Positions 10,850 through 23,092 of a stretch of 64,000 bases of DNA are shown one piece after another; within the stretch, counting starts at the first letter, position 1, and the number at the start of each line of letters is the position of its first letter. This DNA comes from Williopsis jadinii (taxonomy: Eukaryota), in contig AP024664.1 in assembly GCA_024346625.1 (NCBI GenBank), forward strand, positions 3,534,001 through 3,598,000. The letters run 5' to 3'. The translations under genes were made by a program, and so were the position numbers. Under the pieces are notes generated by a model, which saw only the letters and a list, made by a program, of their open reading frames with translations, had not been told where the DNA came from and ran no database searches.

Positions 10850-11646
10850 TTCTTGTTGAAATTGATATTTCACGCTTTCACTCCACCAAGCTGATATACT
10901 AGAACTCTCCATTGTTGTAACCTCTAAACAGGATACATTTATGATCAAAAGACATATTGTCTCTTCATTTTGCGAAAGATATCACAGTTAACAGTGCTTG
11001 TTCTGATGATTCTGATGATTCCATCGTTCACTGCAACCATAAAGCTTGAAACAGAGACATAAAACTACCTAAGTTTCCAATGATCATAGTCACAATTGCT
11101 GTAAGAAGTCAGACGATGGAGACTCGCAGGAGATGATTAACAGGTGACCCATTACTTGAGATAGATGTTGGCTCATGTGTGGGGTTTAAAGCACAGAAAT
11201 GCCCCCAGCCTATGTCTGTGCTCAATGGCAGAGACCTCTCTGTTTTATTCTCATTCGTATGGTTCCTTCTGTACAGCAAACTCTCACGAACCCCCGTTCT
11301 CTCCAACAGTCTGTGTATTATTTGCAGAGTACGTGTTCGGCACTGCTGTAACGGTAATATGTCATCTCTCTAAGGCCTGAACTGCAGTGTCAGCAAAAGC
11401 TGAATCAACGGTAACATTGTCGACACGCCGCATTGGCCCTCACCAATTGCAGCTCGTGTAGCTGGTGGGGTTGACAAGCTGCAATTGGCGTCATCTTCGT
11501 CTGACAAGACGACACTGGAGTAACAGCGGTGAGACTGATGAACCGTTTAAACATCTTCAACAATGAAATCGCCAGAGCAACGGGCCCAGGAACCGATAGG
11601 CAAAGCGCCTGCAACATCAAACTTTAAATGCAGAAATAGAAAGCAC

Positions 11647-11673
11647 AACAACAACAACAACAACAACAACAAC
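11647..11673. repeat. (AAC)9 microsatellite
   Basis: Nine perfect AAC units. Confidence 0.9.
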
Positions 11674-12516
11674 ACCAGGATAAAAGCCACACAGCCCCGT
11701 ACATCGACTCCGTGTACGTTCCCTGTGCACCCTCCTACAAACCCCATTCACGGGAAACAGAACAAGGCACACCTCTCCAAACCTGACCCCCCTGAGCACC
11801 CCCCCCCCCAGCTTCCTGTTGTTGGTCCAACCAACTTGGTATATCACAAGACGCATCAACCGCAGCCAGAGAGTAGCCCTGTTGCTTGTTTGGACACCGT
11901 GGACATCACTACACCAAAGAAATGCATCACATCATGGACTCCCTGATTCAACTCCCAGGTACTGGCTCTTCTCGTGGCCAAGCACTGTGACCAAGCACTG
12001 TGAACGAGTTTCCCTCCACCGTCGCACCGGCAACCAATGATCACCACACCATTATCAATCACCAGCTGCTGGCTTGTTTTGTTTTTCTTTCTGTGCGGCC
12101 GCGATTATTTCCCCTTTCATCCTGGCCATGATAAATTTTCCCTCTTCTGTCCTCTGACTAAGCTAGCCGCTTCGAAAAAAACACTCGCCATGGATTCACC
12201 ATTTTCCAACGTATACAATCACGGTTTGAAGGACTTCAGCTGGAGTCAGATACATAAGATTAACCAAAGTGTGGCATTGTGTGTGTCTTCTCGAGAAGTG
12301 TGCATGTGCGTGTTTTTTTTTCTGTTTGGTTTAAGAAAGTGGTGATCAATTGGCCATTCGACTATACAGCACAGGGAAACTAGGGACACAGGGACCTTGC
12401 CATTGTGATAGGATTGCGGATATCTTGGACGACATATACACGTCTGCTATTCTCTCTGAGAGACTCTTGAAAGGCATACACGTACACGTGTATCGATACA
12501 TCTACGTGTAAGGACC

Positions 12517-13869
12517 ATGGAGCCTCAAGTGATATCCCATGGGGGCACCAGAATCCTGTGTCTTGCTGAAATCCGTGGTCATTTATCGTTGTTGAACGAA
12601 CTTGCTGTCCAGTACAGAGCAGATGTCATTGTGCACACGGGGTCGTTTGGCTTCTTCGACGAGAACAGTGTGGATAAGATCCATGAGAGCTATTTGCGGC
12701 ACATTGTGGCGTTCTCCCCGTTGCTGGACCAGGAGCTTGTTGATAAGATTAGTGAGCTGTCAAGGGCCAACGGCGAGTACGTGGACCACGACGTTCAGGC
12801 GTTGAGAGATCTACTGCGTGGGCGTAAAGTGAGTGAAGTTATGGACTACGTTCGTGGAGAAAAGAGGCTGAGTGTACCTGTGTATACCATCTACGGCATG
12901 GTTGAAGACTCAACTGTGCTGAACAAGTTCAGGCTTGGAGTGTACTCGATTCCAAACCTCACCATATTGGATGAAAACACCACGGCAGTGATCAAGCTGG
13001 ACTCAGAATTGGATCTCTTTTTATGTGGAATAGGTGGCAGCTTGTCATATCAAAAGCTCTTCCACCATGGAACTTTTGACAATGAACTCAACAAGTACAT
13101 CACGGCAGAACAGAGGCACAATTTCACCCCTGTTGCTGGTGATCCTGGTAACGTTTGGATTACAATGTTGCAGATTGGAGAATTCATCAAGACCGTGGAG
13201 AACAACTCTCAAAAGACCCAGGTAAAAATAATGCTGTCACATCCATCACCGTCCCGTGAAGGACTATTGGCTCATCTCAGTGTGTTCCTCAAGATGGATT
13301 ACACCATATCCAATGGACTACACTTCCTCTATCCGTCATCTTTTAACGAGCTTAGCATATGTCCAAATTTTGAATTCTATAAATTGAAATTCAGTGATGC
13401 TCGTTCACAGTTATCCTCAATCTGGGTTCAGGTTCAGAACACCATTGAGAAAGTTGTTGAGAGTGAACCCCGTCTCCAAGACTTATTGAGCACTGCACTG
13501 ACATGTTTTGATCGTATTCCTGTGATTAACTCAAAGGATCAGGATATCATACCGTTGGCACTCTCCTTCAACAAAAGAGACGTTAACTCAAACACCATCA
13601 GGCTTCAGAGTGACATGTATTACCTTGCATTTCAAAACCAATGGCATTTTAACTTGTGTGATGTTACTATTGGATCTATGGTTCTTGCCTATCAAAATGG
13701 ACGCATGAAGTTCGAAGCTAACGCTCAAGGGTTTGATTTCACATTCAAAAGATCCGGACAGGAGGTTAGAGAGAGAATAAACTCGGGCTTCAGAAGAGGA
13801 GGATACGGTGGATCCACAGGGAATGGGTCCCGTGGTCGAGGAACAAGAGGCAACTATCCCAAGCGTTGA
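12517..13869 (+). CDS. Conserved fungal protein, DUF2433-like / calcineurin-like metallophosphoesterase fold, with C-terminal RGG-rich tail
   Basis: RILCLAEIRG...LNELA...ADVIVHTGSFGFFDENS, SPSREGLL..L...LK.DYTISNGLHF; tail RRGGYGG..GSRGRGTRG. Confidence 0.75.
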   Translation: MEPQVISHGGTRILCLAEIRGHLSLLNELAVQYRADVIVHTGSFGFFDENSVDKIHESYLRHIVAFSPLLDQELVDKISELSRANGEYVDHDVQALRDLLRGRKVSEVMDYVRGEKRLSVPVYTIYGMVEDSTVLNKFRLGVYSIPNLTILDENTTAVIKLDSELDLFLCGIGGSLSYQKLFHHGTFDNELNKYITAEQRHNFTPVAGDPGNVWITMLQIGEFIKTVENNSQKTQVKIMLSHPSPSREGLLAHLSVFLKMDYTISNGLHFLYPSSFNELSICPNFEFYKLKFSDARSQLSSIWVQVQNTIEKVVESEPRLQDLLSTALTCFDRIPVINSKDQDIIPLALSFNKRDVNSNTIRLQSDMYYLAFQNQWHFNLCDVTIGSMVLAYQNGRMKFEANAQGFDFTFKRSGQEVRERINSGFRRGGYGGSTGNGSRGRGTRGNYPKR

Positions 13870-14115
13870 CCATCAATTAACCAAACTCCACAGTAGAACC
13901 ATGCATACAACACAGATACTATTCAAATACAGTACCAAAGTTCGGCTATTCTTTTCAACCATTTAATCTATAATACACACTTGAACTACACATATATTAC
14001 AGGGCTTTGCAGAATGTAGATTTTATGTATATCTGTTGAATAAATAAAAGCGTAAATAAATAAAATAACGTGGATGCCATCGTCCAGAACGAGATTACAT
14101 CTCTTCTTGAAGATA

Positions 14116-14384
14116 TCAGTGATCCCATGGATGTTTCAATCCCTAAAGCGATTACGTTAGTATTGAGCCAAAAATGACGAAGAGGAAACCAGGGTAATCA
14201 ATTCACTCACAATCATAACCATACCGTCCTCCTTGATTTTGTAGAGAATCCAGAATATGGAGATGGCACCAATGGTCTTGGAAATCACCTTGGACGCAGT
14301 GCTGACGTTTGGTGGTAAAGGTGGAGCGTGACGAATGTATCTTGGACCATGGCTGGCAGATCTTAGAAGCTGAGTGTAACGCAT
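14116..14384 (-). CDS. Complex I accessory subunit, NDUFB2/AGGG-like; two exons (14384-14211, 14142-14116), 66 aa
   Basis: Intron 14210-14143 (GTGAGT...TACTAAC...TAG). Spliced product ends K.IGAISIFWILYKIKEDGMVMIGLKHPWDH*, matching the fungal AGGG-type C-terminus (FWI.YR.K.DG...G.KHPW). Confidence 0.85.
14143..14210 (-). other. Spliceosomal intron, 68 nt, phase 0
   Basis: GTGAGT donor, TACTAAC branch point, TAG acceptor 13 nt downstream; splicing restores the KHPWDH C-terminus. Confidence 0.88.
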
Positions 14385-14671
14385 GTTTGTTCTCGTTTAT
14401 CCAGGTCTTGTGTTGTCGAGATGAAGTTTGGCGTTAACTGTTTATACGGGAATCCCTTAAAATTTCGGTCGAGGAGTTTTTTCTGTCTCTCCTCCCATAT
14501 TATGTAATACATCGCATACAGCTTATGTAATCAAAGAGATCCCGGTTGGCGCAACACTCTGGTCCCGAAGGTAGGTATCCAGGCCAACCACGAACCAGTA
14601 TTTACAAAGCTGATGAGGATATGTTGTTGAATTCCGGGGCTATACCTGTGTCGAGCCATGGTTACACGTCA

Positions 14672-15307
14672 TTATAAGCCAAGTGGTCTGTAGAGTATAT
14701 AATAGGCTGGTTTGATAACTCTTCCAGACCTCAGGACTTTGTTCTGCGGTGACTCGTCGCTTAGCAAATAGCCCAATTTTGTATACCATTGAACAGCTCT
14801 GTCATTATCACTGAATACTGTGAGTTTAGTGGAGTTGAGATGTGAGGCACATGTATTCGAATCGAGCATGGTGCCACATTGTTGCAGTAACACTGCAAGC
14901 TTGTGGAAACTCGTTATGAGCTGCGAACCAATATGCCTGCTATGGTAGTCAGGGTGAACATGAATTTCGTACAAGTAGAGAACCAGTCCCCAATCGTCAG
15001 TGGTGAGTAGTATAGTAATGAATGCCTTCAGCTGGTTTGAATCGTCATAGTAACCGACAAACGTCAACCCTTCCAGTGTCAACTCTTCACGTTTTTTTTC
15101 GGCCCAATCCGGACCGTCTCTAGCGATGTAATGAGAAGCAATTGTCAATTGCATCAGCTGAGTATACTCGTCTGTATCACTCTCATTGTTGAGGTGTGTC
15201 TTTACTTGTCTCTTCAGTGATGCTATCTCTTCGGGGAAGACGTTGTTCAAGATCGCTAAACCTTCACTTGGAATGTGATAATCTTGGTAAGGCTCACATG
15301 TCGACAT
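14672..15307 (-). CDS. NAT4: GNAT N-alpha-acetyltransferase, Nat4/Naa40-like (histone H4/H2A)
   Basis: W.EKKREEL...GL, VLYLYEIHV, IGSQL, LTVFSDN..A..WYTKLGY, SP...VLRSGRVIKP.YYIL; first ATG at 15307. Confidence 0.82.
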   Translation of the reverse strand: MSTCEPYQDYHIPSEGLAILNNVFPEEIASLKRQVKTHLNNESDTDEYTQLMQLTIASHYIARDGPDWAEKKREELTLEGLTFVGYYDDSNQLKAFITILLTTDDWGLVLYLYEIHVHPDYHSRHIGSQLITSFHKLAVLLQQCGTMLDSNTCASHLNSTKLTVFSDNDRAVQWYTKLGYLLSDESPQNKVLRSGRVIKPAYYILYRPLGL

Positions 15308-18300
15308 GTTCAAAACTTTACGATGGTCAAACCCACAAACCTGCGCCTGGATATAAATAAACAACCAATGCAATTGTGTCTCACAGATTACTTCCCAAGG
15401 ATCCAGCGTGGCTTTCGAATCTGGATCGCGGATTCCTGGTCTGTACAACTTTGAACCTGATACAGTTAGATATGGCTGGAGAATGGATCAATGGAAATTG
15501 GAAAATGCCCATCTCGTCATCGGAGAAAGTGCGAAAAAAAGTTAACCCCACTTTCACCATAGAGAGATGTAGCCCAAAATGTTATCTCATACGGCACTAT
15601 TAATGAGTTGATATCAGAGATAAGAGCAGCCAGCAGCCAAAAGTCGAACACACAACGTGTTCGTCAACCAGATTGAAGAAGCGTAATTCAGCTCAAGGCA
15701 CCTACGTTTTTCAAAAGACTTTAATTTGATGTTGCGGACATGTTTGGTTGTTGGTTTGATCGTCAGCCATTGCGTGCTGGTGGCTGATCAGTCGAAATGT
15801 TTTTCCGGCCACATCATGTGCCCCTGACAACATGGGAAAATCTTCCCATGTACTCGGAGCCTTCAAGCCTTCTCGACTGGCGTGCAGTGTGCTGTGTGGA
15901 CATGAGCGTTGGAATTATGTCCCAGCGTTAGAGTCACCAACTCTAAAAGTTACATGTTGATATTCCTGCTGATTGAGGCGAAGGTGTTAACCCACCTTAC
16001 TGGTTGTAATTGTCGTTGGTCTATGAGAAATAGTCCGATGATACAACAGCTGCGTATTGGTTTGCTATATTGTACTGAGTACGTGCGTTAGACAACCGCA
16101 CAAGGTTGCTGGCCCAAGCATACTCCGCATCACACTGCAGTGGTCACTCGAATCTAAGGTTTTACTATACATATCTCGTGCGTCTAGTGTGCATATACGC
16201 TCATGTAGGTATAAACTATCCTCGAACATGATTGGTGTGTGGTGAGAGCTTGCAATTTCCCCGAAACCTCGAACGATATGCCTTTACTATTATGGCGACC
16301 ACTTCGTGGTTGGGCATGGCTCCGCTATGCTCTTCATCCTTGCTTCTTCGTCACAACTCGGAACGAGACTCAAGAAATCGTTCTATCGATTAAAATGGGG
16401 GACAGCATCACTTTGTAAACTTATGTATGAGCATCAGACGTTAACAAGACTCAGGAAAGTGTACTTGTGTTAGTTCTTATAATTTGCCAATGATCAGAGC
16501 TGAGAGATGAAAATTGATCCTCCTTGCCTAACTCCCTCTCTAGGTTGGTTCAATGGTTATGTGTTTACGAGTTCATCATAGGTATATCCGGCTCTTGTTT
16601 TCAGATTGATGTTTTGATCATGTTCGACCAGTTTACATTTGGTTCAAGTGTTTTTACAAGCTAGTGGGAGATTGGGCTCAGATGGTAATTCGTGCCATTG
16701 GTATGAATGGGCTGAATTGACTTTACACCTAACCAAGTGATGGATTGATAATATGAAAGAATGGTCAGTTTACTGGGTTTGGCTTCCAGCTGCTCAACAT
16801 ATTACGGAACATTTGAACAGTGCCTTAACTTCCTAAATCAATAAGTATGGGTCATTTTATGACAATGGTAAACATAATTACCACTATCAGCCTGTTCATC
16901 AACAGGTTTCTTGAAAAGGCTATACTCCACAGAATACTTCTCCAGTTTATCATCGCACTAGTTTGACAATTCAGAAATTCTCCAAGTTATAAGAATGTTG
17001 CGAGTTCGGGTCCTTTGGTTTGAATACATCCACAGAGATAAAAGAAAGATCATCGAGATTCTTCTTGTCGAATTCTTCGGCAAGCTACAACATGGGTTGC
17101 CCGGAACAATCTTCTATCCTCCCTGAAGAGCTTTACTGATTCAAATGAGGATTATCTATGCATCCACAGTTGAACTCTGTTCCGTGAACATCCATGTCGG
17201 CTCGTTTATGTGCCTTCGTCATTTCTGAATAAATCGAACGCCAGAACGAGCTTAGAGCGGAACAAACAGAGAGTACTTCTAGGATCAAGGATTGATCTTC
17301 ATATTTTGTAGATCATGCTGTTCAAAAGTCACTTACACTGAAAACAGCAATTCTCGGGATTTTAGTGATTGTTGGACTAAAAGATATTCCATCATGCCGC
17401 ATAAAACTATTAGGTGCTAAGTATACTACGATCCAATTGTTCACGTGATGATCTAATGGTTCATTTTACATAACCCATGTACGATGTCGGTAATTTCCTG
17501 TAATTACACTGCTCATAATCCATGGATAACTGTATGGTAATTGTACATTTGAACATATACACATACAGATACCCCCAAACCACTATGGCGATTTTTAAAA
17601 TGAGAAAGTTTCATACCTTGGTGTGGAGCTGTTTGGAATATAACTTTTTTCGTTTATCGTTTATAGCCTACTCTTGAAAATATCCTTCTAAGGTGATAAC
17701 TATTACCTAAGCTACAATATTTAGTTCGCAACGAGTTAGAGCCCCATCATCAAGAAATAATAAGCTTACTACCTACATGAGAGTTTGATTAATATTGTTG
17801 CGGGAAGAACTCAGAGTTATTAATTAACAAGCCATTTCCAACACTGTTTATGTATATCAACAATCCCATAAGATGCGCATACTATATAATACCCCTTGTG
17901 ACTTTGATTTGAAGATAATTAGCTCAACAGATGACCTCGGTCCTGTAGTGCTTACCTCCTCATAACCCGATTTACGCGAGTTCCGAACTGCAGTCAATGT
18001 TTTCTCAGTAGTGACATTTAATTAACTATCTCCGTTTTCTCTTCTGAATATTCTGGTAATTATAGGCAGTTGCGAAATCTATATCTTTTGAATTCATGGG
18101 AAGATCGTAAATGATTGGCCAGTAGTATAATTTAGTAACTTTCTCTTCAAGATATCGGACCGATCATCGTGATCGTTCTTGTTGTATTTTACCCGACACC
18201 TGTGTCAATACGTCTGTTCTATATTATTAAAGCTGAGAGTGATGACTTCCTTTATGAATGCTCAAGCAAATGCATAATAATATTCTCAGGACAGCCGTTA

Positions 18301-21300
18301 CCGGAGGTTGTATCTCTCTTGAAGTGGATGCCCCTAGATGAACACGTATTTTCTTGTTCCTACCATCAATGTTCAATCCGCTCGGTTGTTATGATGTAAT
18401 GGAAGTGAGTTACATCCATTTGAATTCCCTCTTTCTATGCTCTTACTCTTTCCAACTCGCTCTGAGCTGGATTTAAAAGGCCAGCCAGTTTAGCTAATTG
18501 TATAAGTTAACTTCTTGGCCAGCACTCTGGTAACCAATACGCCATATGAAAATATCACCTCCGTCTTCTTACAGCTAATATAAATTTCATTATTGGCTTT
18601 ACCCAGCTTGGAACAGAGACATGGAAATTATCTGCTGTCCACAATTCTCTCGGTATAGCAGTATATTTTCCGAGCCATTCAACTCCCAGTATAAGCTGCT
18701 GCTATGATCGAGATAATTTGATCCAGTACATAACGCAGCGATCAGCAGATCAGCATCGTCTCTGGTATTCCAACACGCATTTCAAGGAGATAGACCCTTC
18801 CCTGTCCCCAGCTATGTGGATCCTTCGAGAGCTACATTTGTTGTTATTGAACATGTCATATATTCTATGTTGCTCACTTCATCGATGATAACCACTGTAA
18901 AAATTACTGGACCCAAACAACGTTAATTACATATCAAATTGCGAACGTGCATACAAAATATGCAAAATGTCTGTACTGCATATACATATATAAGCTCAGA
19001 ATACCGTTAGCGACTTTTTCGTCCATATTGGGATTGTAAATCTACGATAAATGGCGAATGATTCGATGAGTCGATCACATCTTTATGATGGTGATAGGGT
19101 CACTTCTGAGAGCACAATAGACAGCCTTTGGTAGGAGGTGTTTCAGATTCTCTTACAATTATGTAGGCGGACTAAAAATGCCACTCCACGGCTCATACAT
19201 ATGTCGGTAAATAAGGTGATTTTGCCCTATTCCTAACAAATTGCATACAAATGAAGCTTGGTTGGAATGAGGAGAACCAAATCACACAATTCCATGACTA
19301 AATTCAACCAAGGAATAAAACTCAACATTATACCTCTAGCATATGAATCATGCCAAGGGCCTAATTACAACTATAGGCGCTATACTGGCACTGAACACAT
19401 GGTACTGCATAGAAGTGTCAGTAACACTTCTAATTATAGACCCTCACGATCTGATATATTCAGCTTCGGGAGGGTGATTCATCAGTATTCTTGGTCTATT
19501 GCTCATCTCTGTGCGCTACAGTTTAAAAGAATAGCTGATCATGAGCTGCAGTCACATATCCTTCGCTAGATGAAACTCATCAACACATCGTAGTGAACAT
19601 CGTAGCGAGCATATACTTAACAAGGAGAGGTCACATCGGAAGACATGTGGGAACATGTAGAATCCACCAAACATGAATGGGTAATTAAACACAATTGAAT
19701 TGATTGCCAATCGATCCTTTTTCTTGGTTCAACGTACAGCTTGGCATGCTCTCAATGGAGAGTGCTGACACAACTGTCAAATAGGCCATCCGTGGAGCTC
19801 CTGGTGAACGATACAGTTATCCCACTATACATCGATAGATCAACTCTATACATAGAAAGAGAACAAACAATTTGGAGCCCATGTATAATCATCCACTTGC
19901 ATGGCCTGGCCAGGTATTGGTCGTGTCTAATGACCTTGAATATACTCATCAATGCACTCCCTGGGCCACCACCATGGGTTTGATCACTAGTGGTCAGTTT
20001 ACACCATTAAAGACGGCCCGTCTACTTTTCGCCGAACATCACGTCTGAAACAGTCATTATAGGCTTCTGAACACTTCCATCTACTCAGCATTCCGTGTGT
20101 TCTAACTAAAGCAAAGGAGAAAAGTGGAACGTTATTTTAGCCTGTGGTGAGAAAGAAAAATAACCCACTCAGAGCTCTGCATATCCCATGCTGCGCCCAG
20201 CGTGGCCCAACCGGGTTTGCTCACTTGCATGCATAAATTTTAAGTTTGATAAGATGGACAGGGGAAATTACATATGTATGTACCTGATCAAGAAATTGCT
20301 TGAGTGACTCGCCTGGACAGCGTATAAATTTCGTGTTGAGACAAGACAACGACAAGAGTATTGTCAGATGAAAATTGTTCCCGATCTTCCTTGGGATTCA
20401 CATATTGTTTATCCTTGACCTGAGGCAGCACTTGGAACCAGCATAATCGGCTCAAGATCTGGGCACATCTTGGAGCAGCTGGCGTGTGGGAATGGCATGT
20501 AGACAACCTGTTGATGTCTTTCAGTTCTACTGAGCGAAACCGTGGCGGAACAATATCGTCCCACGTTGCGACATACACACCACTCAGTGGATACAGGCAC
20601 CACACAGTGATACCCAGGAATACCCACACACAGACACTCTGGTTGACCAAATCGAGCTGAACGTAGGACGACGCACAGCCATATGCAGCATGATGCAGTT
20701 GTGAGCTCTCTGCAGCGCGTGTGCGTGCGTGCGCATTCGTGTTAATACCTAACATACATATGGCAGGCAGGACTGCATAGTCCTGAACTGCACAGAGGGG
20801 TGGGCGCTGAGCTCTGACTGAGAAGGCAAAAGTTGCAACGGGCCCGCAACGTTCACGCTGCAAGAAGGTATTTTTTCAGTGTTTGGGCATTACGTCAAGC
20901 GTACAAGACCCACAGCAGTCAGAACATGTGCTTTACAGAGAGCAATACGGCGCCGTCCGAATTTATTATCAACGGTGGAGAGAAGTGGGCTCCAAAAGAG
21001 AAATACCTCCAGCTGCAGAACGGAAAATAGAGAAAAAGAAACAAACTGTGGGCCTTGCTATCTCTTCATACATAAACAGGCCCCCAGTCCCATTTTCCAT
21101 TCGGCTGTCTCTGTGTAGCCCGGAATATTTCCCTCTGTAAGCTCAGCACCTGTCGTCTAAGCAGTCAATTGCCCGTGCTGTAACCGTCCTCTCATCCAGA
21201 CATCGTCCTGTGTGTGTTTCCATTGAGGCCCACATTCCTGTCACTCCACCACGTTTCCACCAGTTTGGTGTTGCAGAACTGAGCATTTGTTGTACAGTTC

Positions 21301-21883
21301 TCCAATCACGTTGACACTCGCATCAGCAAACGGGGAATATCCACACATAAAGGAACTACAACCCCCCATTGAAGACCATCTCTTGCTTGTTTTGTTATCT
21401 TCTGAGTCAGCAAGCCACAACACAGCACCGTTTCACGAAAGATACCACCCACAGACTGCTGGCATTCCGGAATTGACTGAGTCAACACACGCTGCTTTAC
21501 AGAGAGGAACGGCTTTCACCACACAGCTCATACAGTCCGACGTACGTCCTCCTTTTTGAACGCACTTGCCTCGTTGGGTAGAGGTGCTTTTTTATTCCAC
21601 GCAATTCCTCTCGCTCAATAAATTCGAGAGCTTCCCTCCCTCCTACAATACACACATTGAGGTCCATCCCGTGTGTCTGCGTGTTCCTTCATACCTGAGT
21701 GAAAAGCTCTCGTCCACGGTGCTCTTGCGAATCGACAAGTAGTGCCTCGTGTATAAGAATCGCACCACCTGCATCAATTGTGTCCTGAGGCGTGTTATCT
21801 ATCAACTCTATTGGAAAGCGACTCTTGACGAGATAGTCCATATTCAAGCGTGTTTCTCCTCCATCGCGGACAATATTACCACC

Positions 21884-23092
21884 ATGCTGTCACCACGTTC
21901 TCAAGCTGATCAGACGGTGATTCAGCAGCATCACCAAGTGCATCAGCAGTATCACCAGGTGCCACAACAGTTTTTCATTCAGAATCAACATTCATCTCAA
22001 GACGCACAGCATATACCTCAAGTGCAAGGCCAGGCGCAGATGACTCTACCACATATTCCAACACCAGGCTTCCAGCCCGTCCAGTACCCACTGTCTGGTC
22101 AGCCTCTTCAACAGGCACATGGCGAGGTACAGCCACAACAACCGTACAACAACTACACCACCCAGAACGTTGCGCAGCATAGTAACGGCTCGTACTCTGT
22201 TCCAATTAGTGGTGCGGTCTTCTTTGATGGGAATAATCAACGACAATTGCCGGCAAACTGTTACTATCCACCGCCTGCTATTCCAGCCCATGTGGCTCAG
22301 CAGCAGTCATTGGGACTTGGCAACAGTGAGCCCCAGAATACAAGCACCATTGGCCAGCAGCAGCAGCAGCAACAACAATCACAGTCACAGTCACATGCTC
22401 CACAGCTACAACCTTTACAACCTCTTCAGGCTCAGCGAAGTCCACAGCTGCTAGCACAAGCACAATCATCACAGCAGACGTTACAGCCCTCATTGCAGCA
22501 TCCCTTCGATAACAGTGCTTTCCACTCGCATCCTGATTCTCTGTCATTTGCAGCTTCAACGTCACTTGCTAATTCCTTCTCGGGACCATCAGGTGTACAA
22601 CTTCATGCTGGCCATGAAGACCAACCTTTCCCTGGCTCTCTGGAGATTCGCTCAGCACCATCAACAGGGAATATCAATCACCTTCGCTCAAAGACTTATC
22701 CAACAGAGACGTTGCCAAAGCCGAAAGCTTTGGGCAATCACAGCTCATCCAGCTCACTATTGGGGATGACACCGGCAACTGCGCTGCGCAATAGGTGTAA
22801 CATTTGTCAGAAGCAGTTCAAAAGACCATCTTCTTTACAGACTCATCTGTACTCTCATACCGGGGAGAAGCCATTTGCGTGTGATTGGAAAGGTTGTGGT
22901 AGGTTATTCAGTGTCAGAAGCAATATGATTAGACATCGCAAGCTACATGAACGAGATGCTGATTTGAAGAAACAGATTGAAAAGAAGGATGTTTCATTCA
23001 ACGGTTCTGTTGCAGGACACCCAACATTACTGCAGAACAGTACTAGTTTATCGACTTCTAATCCTAGTGTGTCTTATATTAACGGCTGGTGA
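21884..23092 (+). CDS. Gln-rich transcription factor with two C-terminal C2H2 zinc fingers (FlbC/Cmr3-like finger type)
   Basis: CNICQKQFKRPSSLQTHLYSHTGEKPFACDWKGCGRLFSVRSNMIRHRKLH; poly-Q N-terminal region; first ATG at 21884. Confidence 0.9.
   Translation: MLSPRSQADQTVIQQHHQVHQQYHQVPQQFFIQNQHSSQDAQHIPQVQGQAQMTLPHIPTPGFQPVQYPLSGQPLQQAHGEVQPQQPYNNYTTQNVAQHSNGSYSVPISGAVFFDGNNQRQLPANCYYPPPAIPAHVAQQQSLGLGNSEPQNTSTIGQQQQQQQQSQSQSHAPQLQPLQPLQAQRSPQLLAQAQSSQQTLQPSLQHPFDNSAFHSHPDSLSFAASTSLANSFSGPSGVQLHAGHEDQPFPGSLEIRSAPSTGNINHLRSKTYPTETLPKPKALGNHSSSSSLLGMTPATALRNRCNICQKQFKRPSSLQTHLYSHTGEKPFACDWKGCGRLFSVRSNMIRHRKLHERDADLKKQIEKKDVSFNGSVAGHPTLLQNSTSLSTSNPSVSYINGW

Noticed and set aside
15830..15851. 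Perfect 9-bp hairpin ACATGGGAA-AATC-TTCCCATGT
   Set aside because: Isolated short inverted repeat with no target-site duplication or element context; plausible by chance in 64 kb.
17350..17449. Point-centromere candidate: ATCACGTG (CDEI-like) on the minus strand with CCGAGAA about 85 bp away
   Set aside because: The spacer is not the very AT-rich CDEII type and the CDEIII consensus is not matched.
17900..18540. Possible Ty1/Ty5/Ty3 remnant in the gene desert
   Set aside because: Partial manual translation of the minus strand found no RT, integrase or RNase H motifs, and I saw no paired TG...CA LTRs.
20288..21559. Several 60-190 aa ORFs upstream of the zinc-finger gene
   Set aside because: Mostly non-ATG starts, mutually overlapping, with no domains; consistent with GC-rich promoter or leader sequence.
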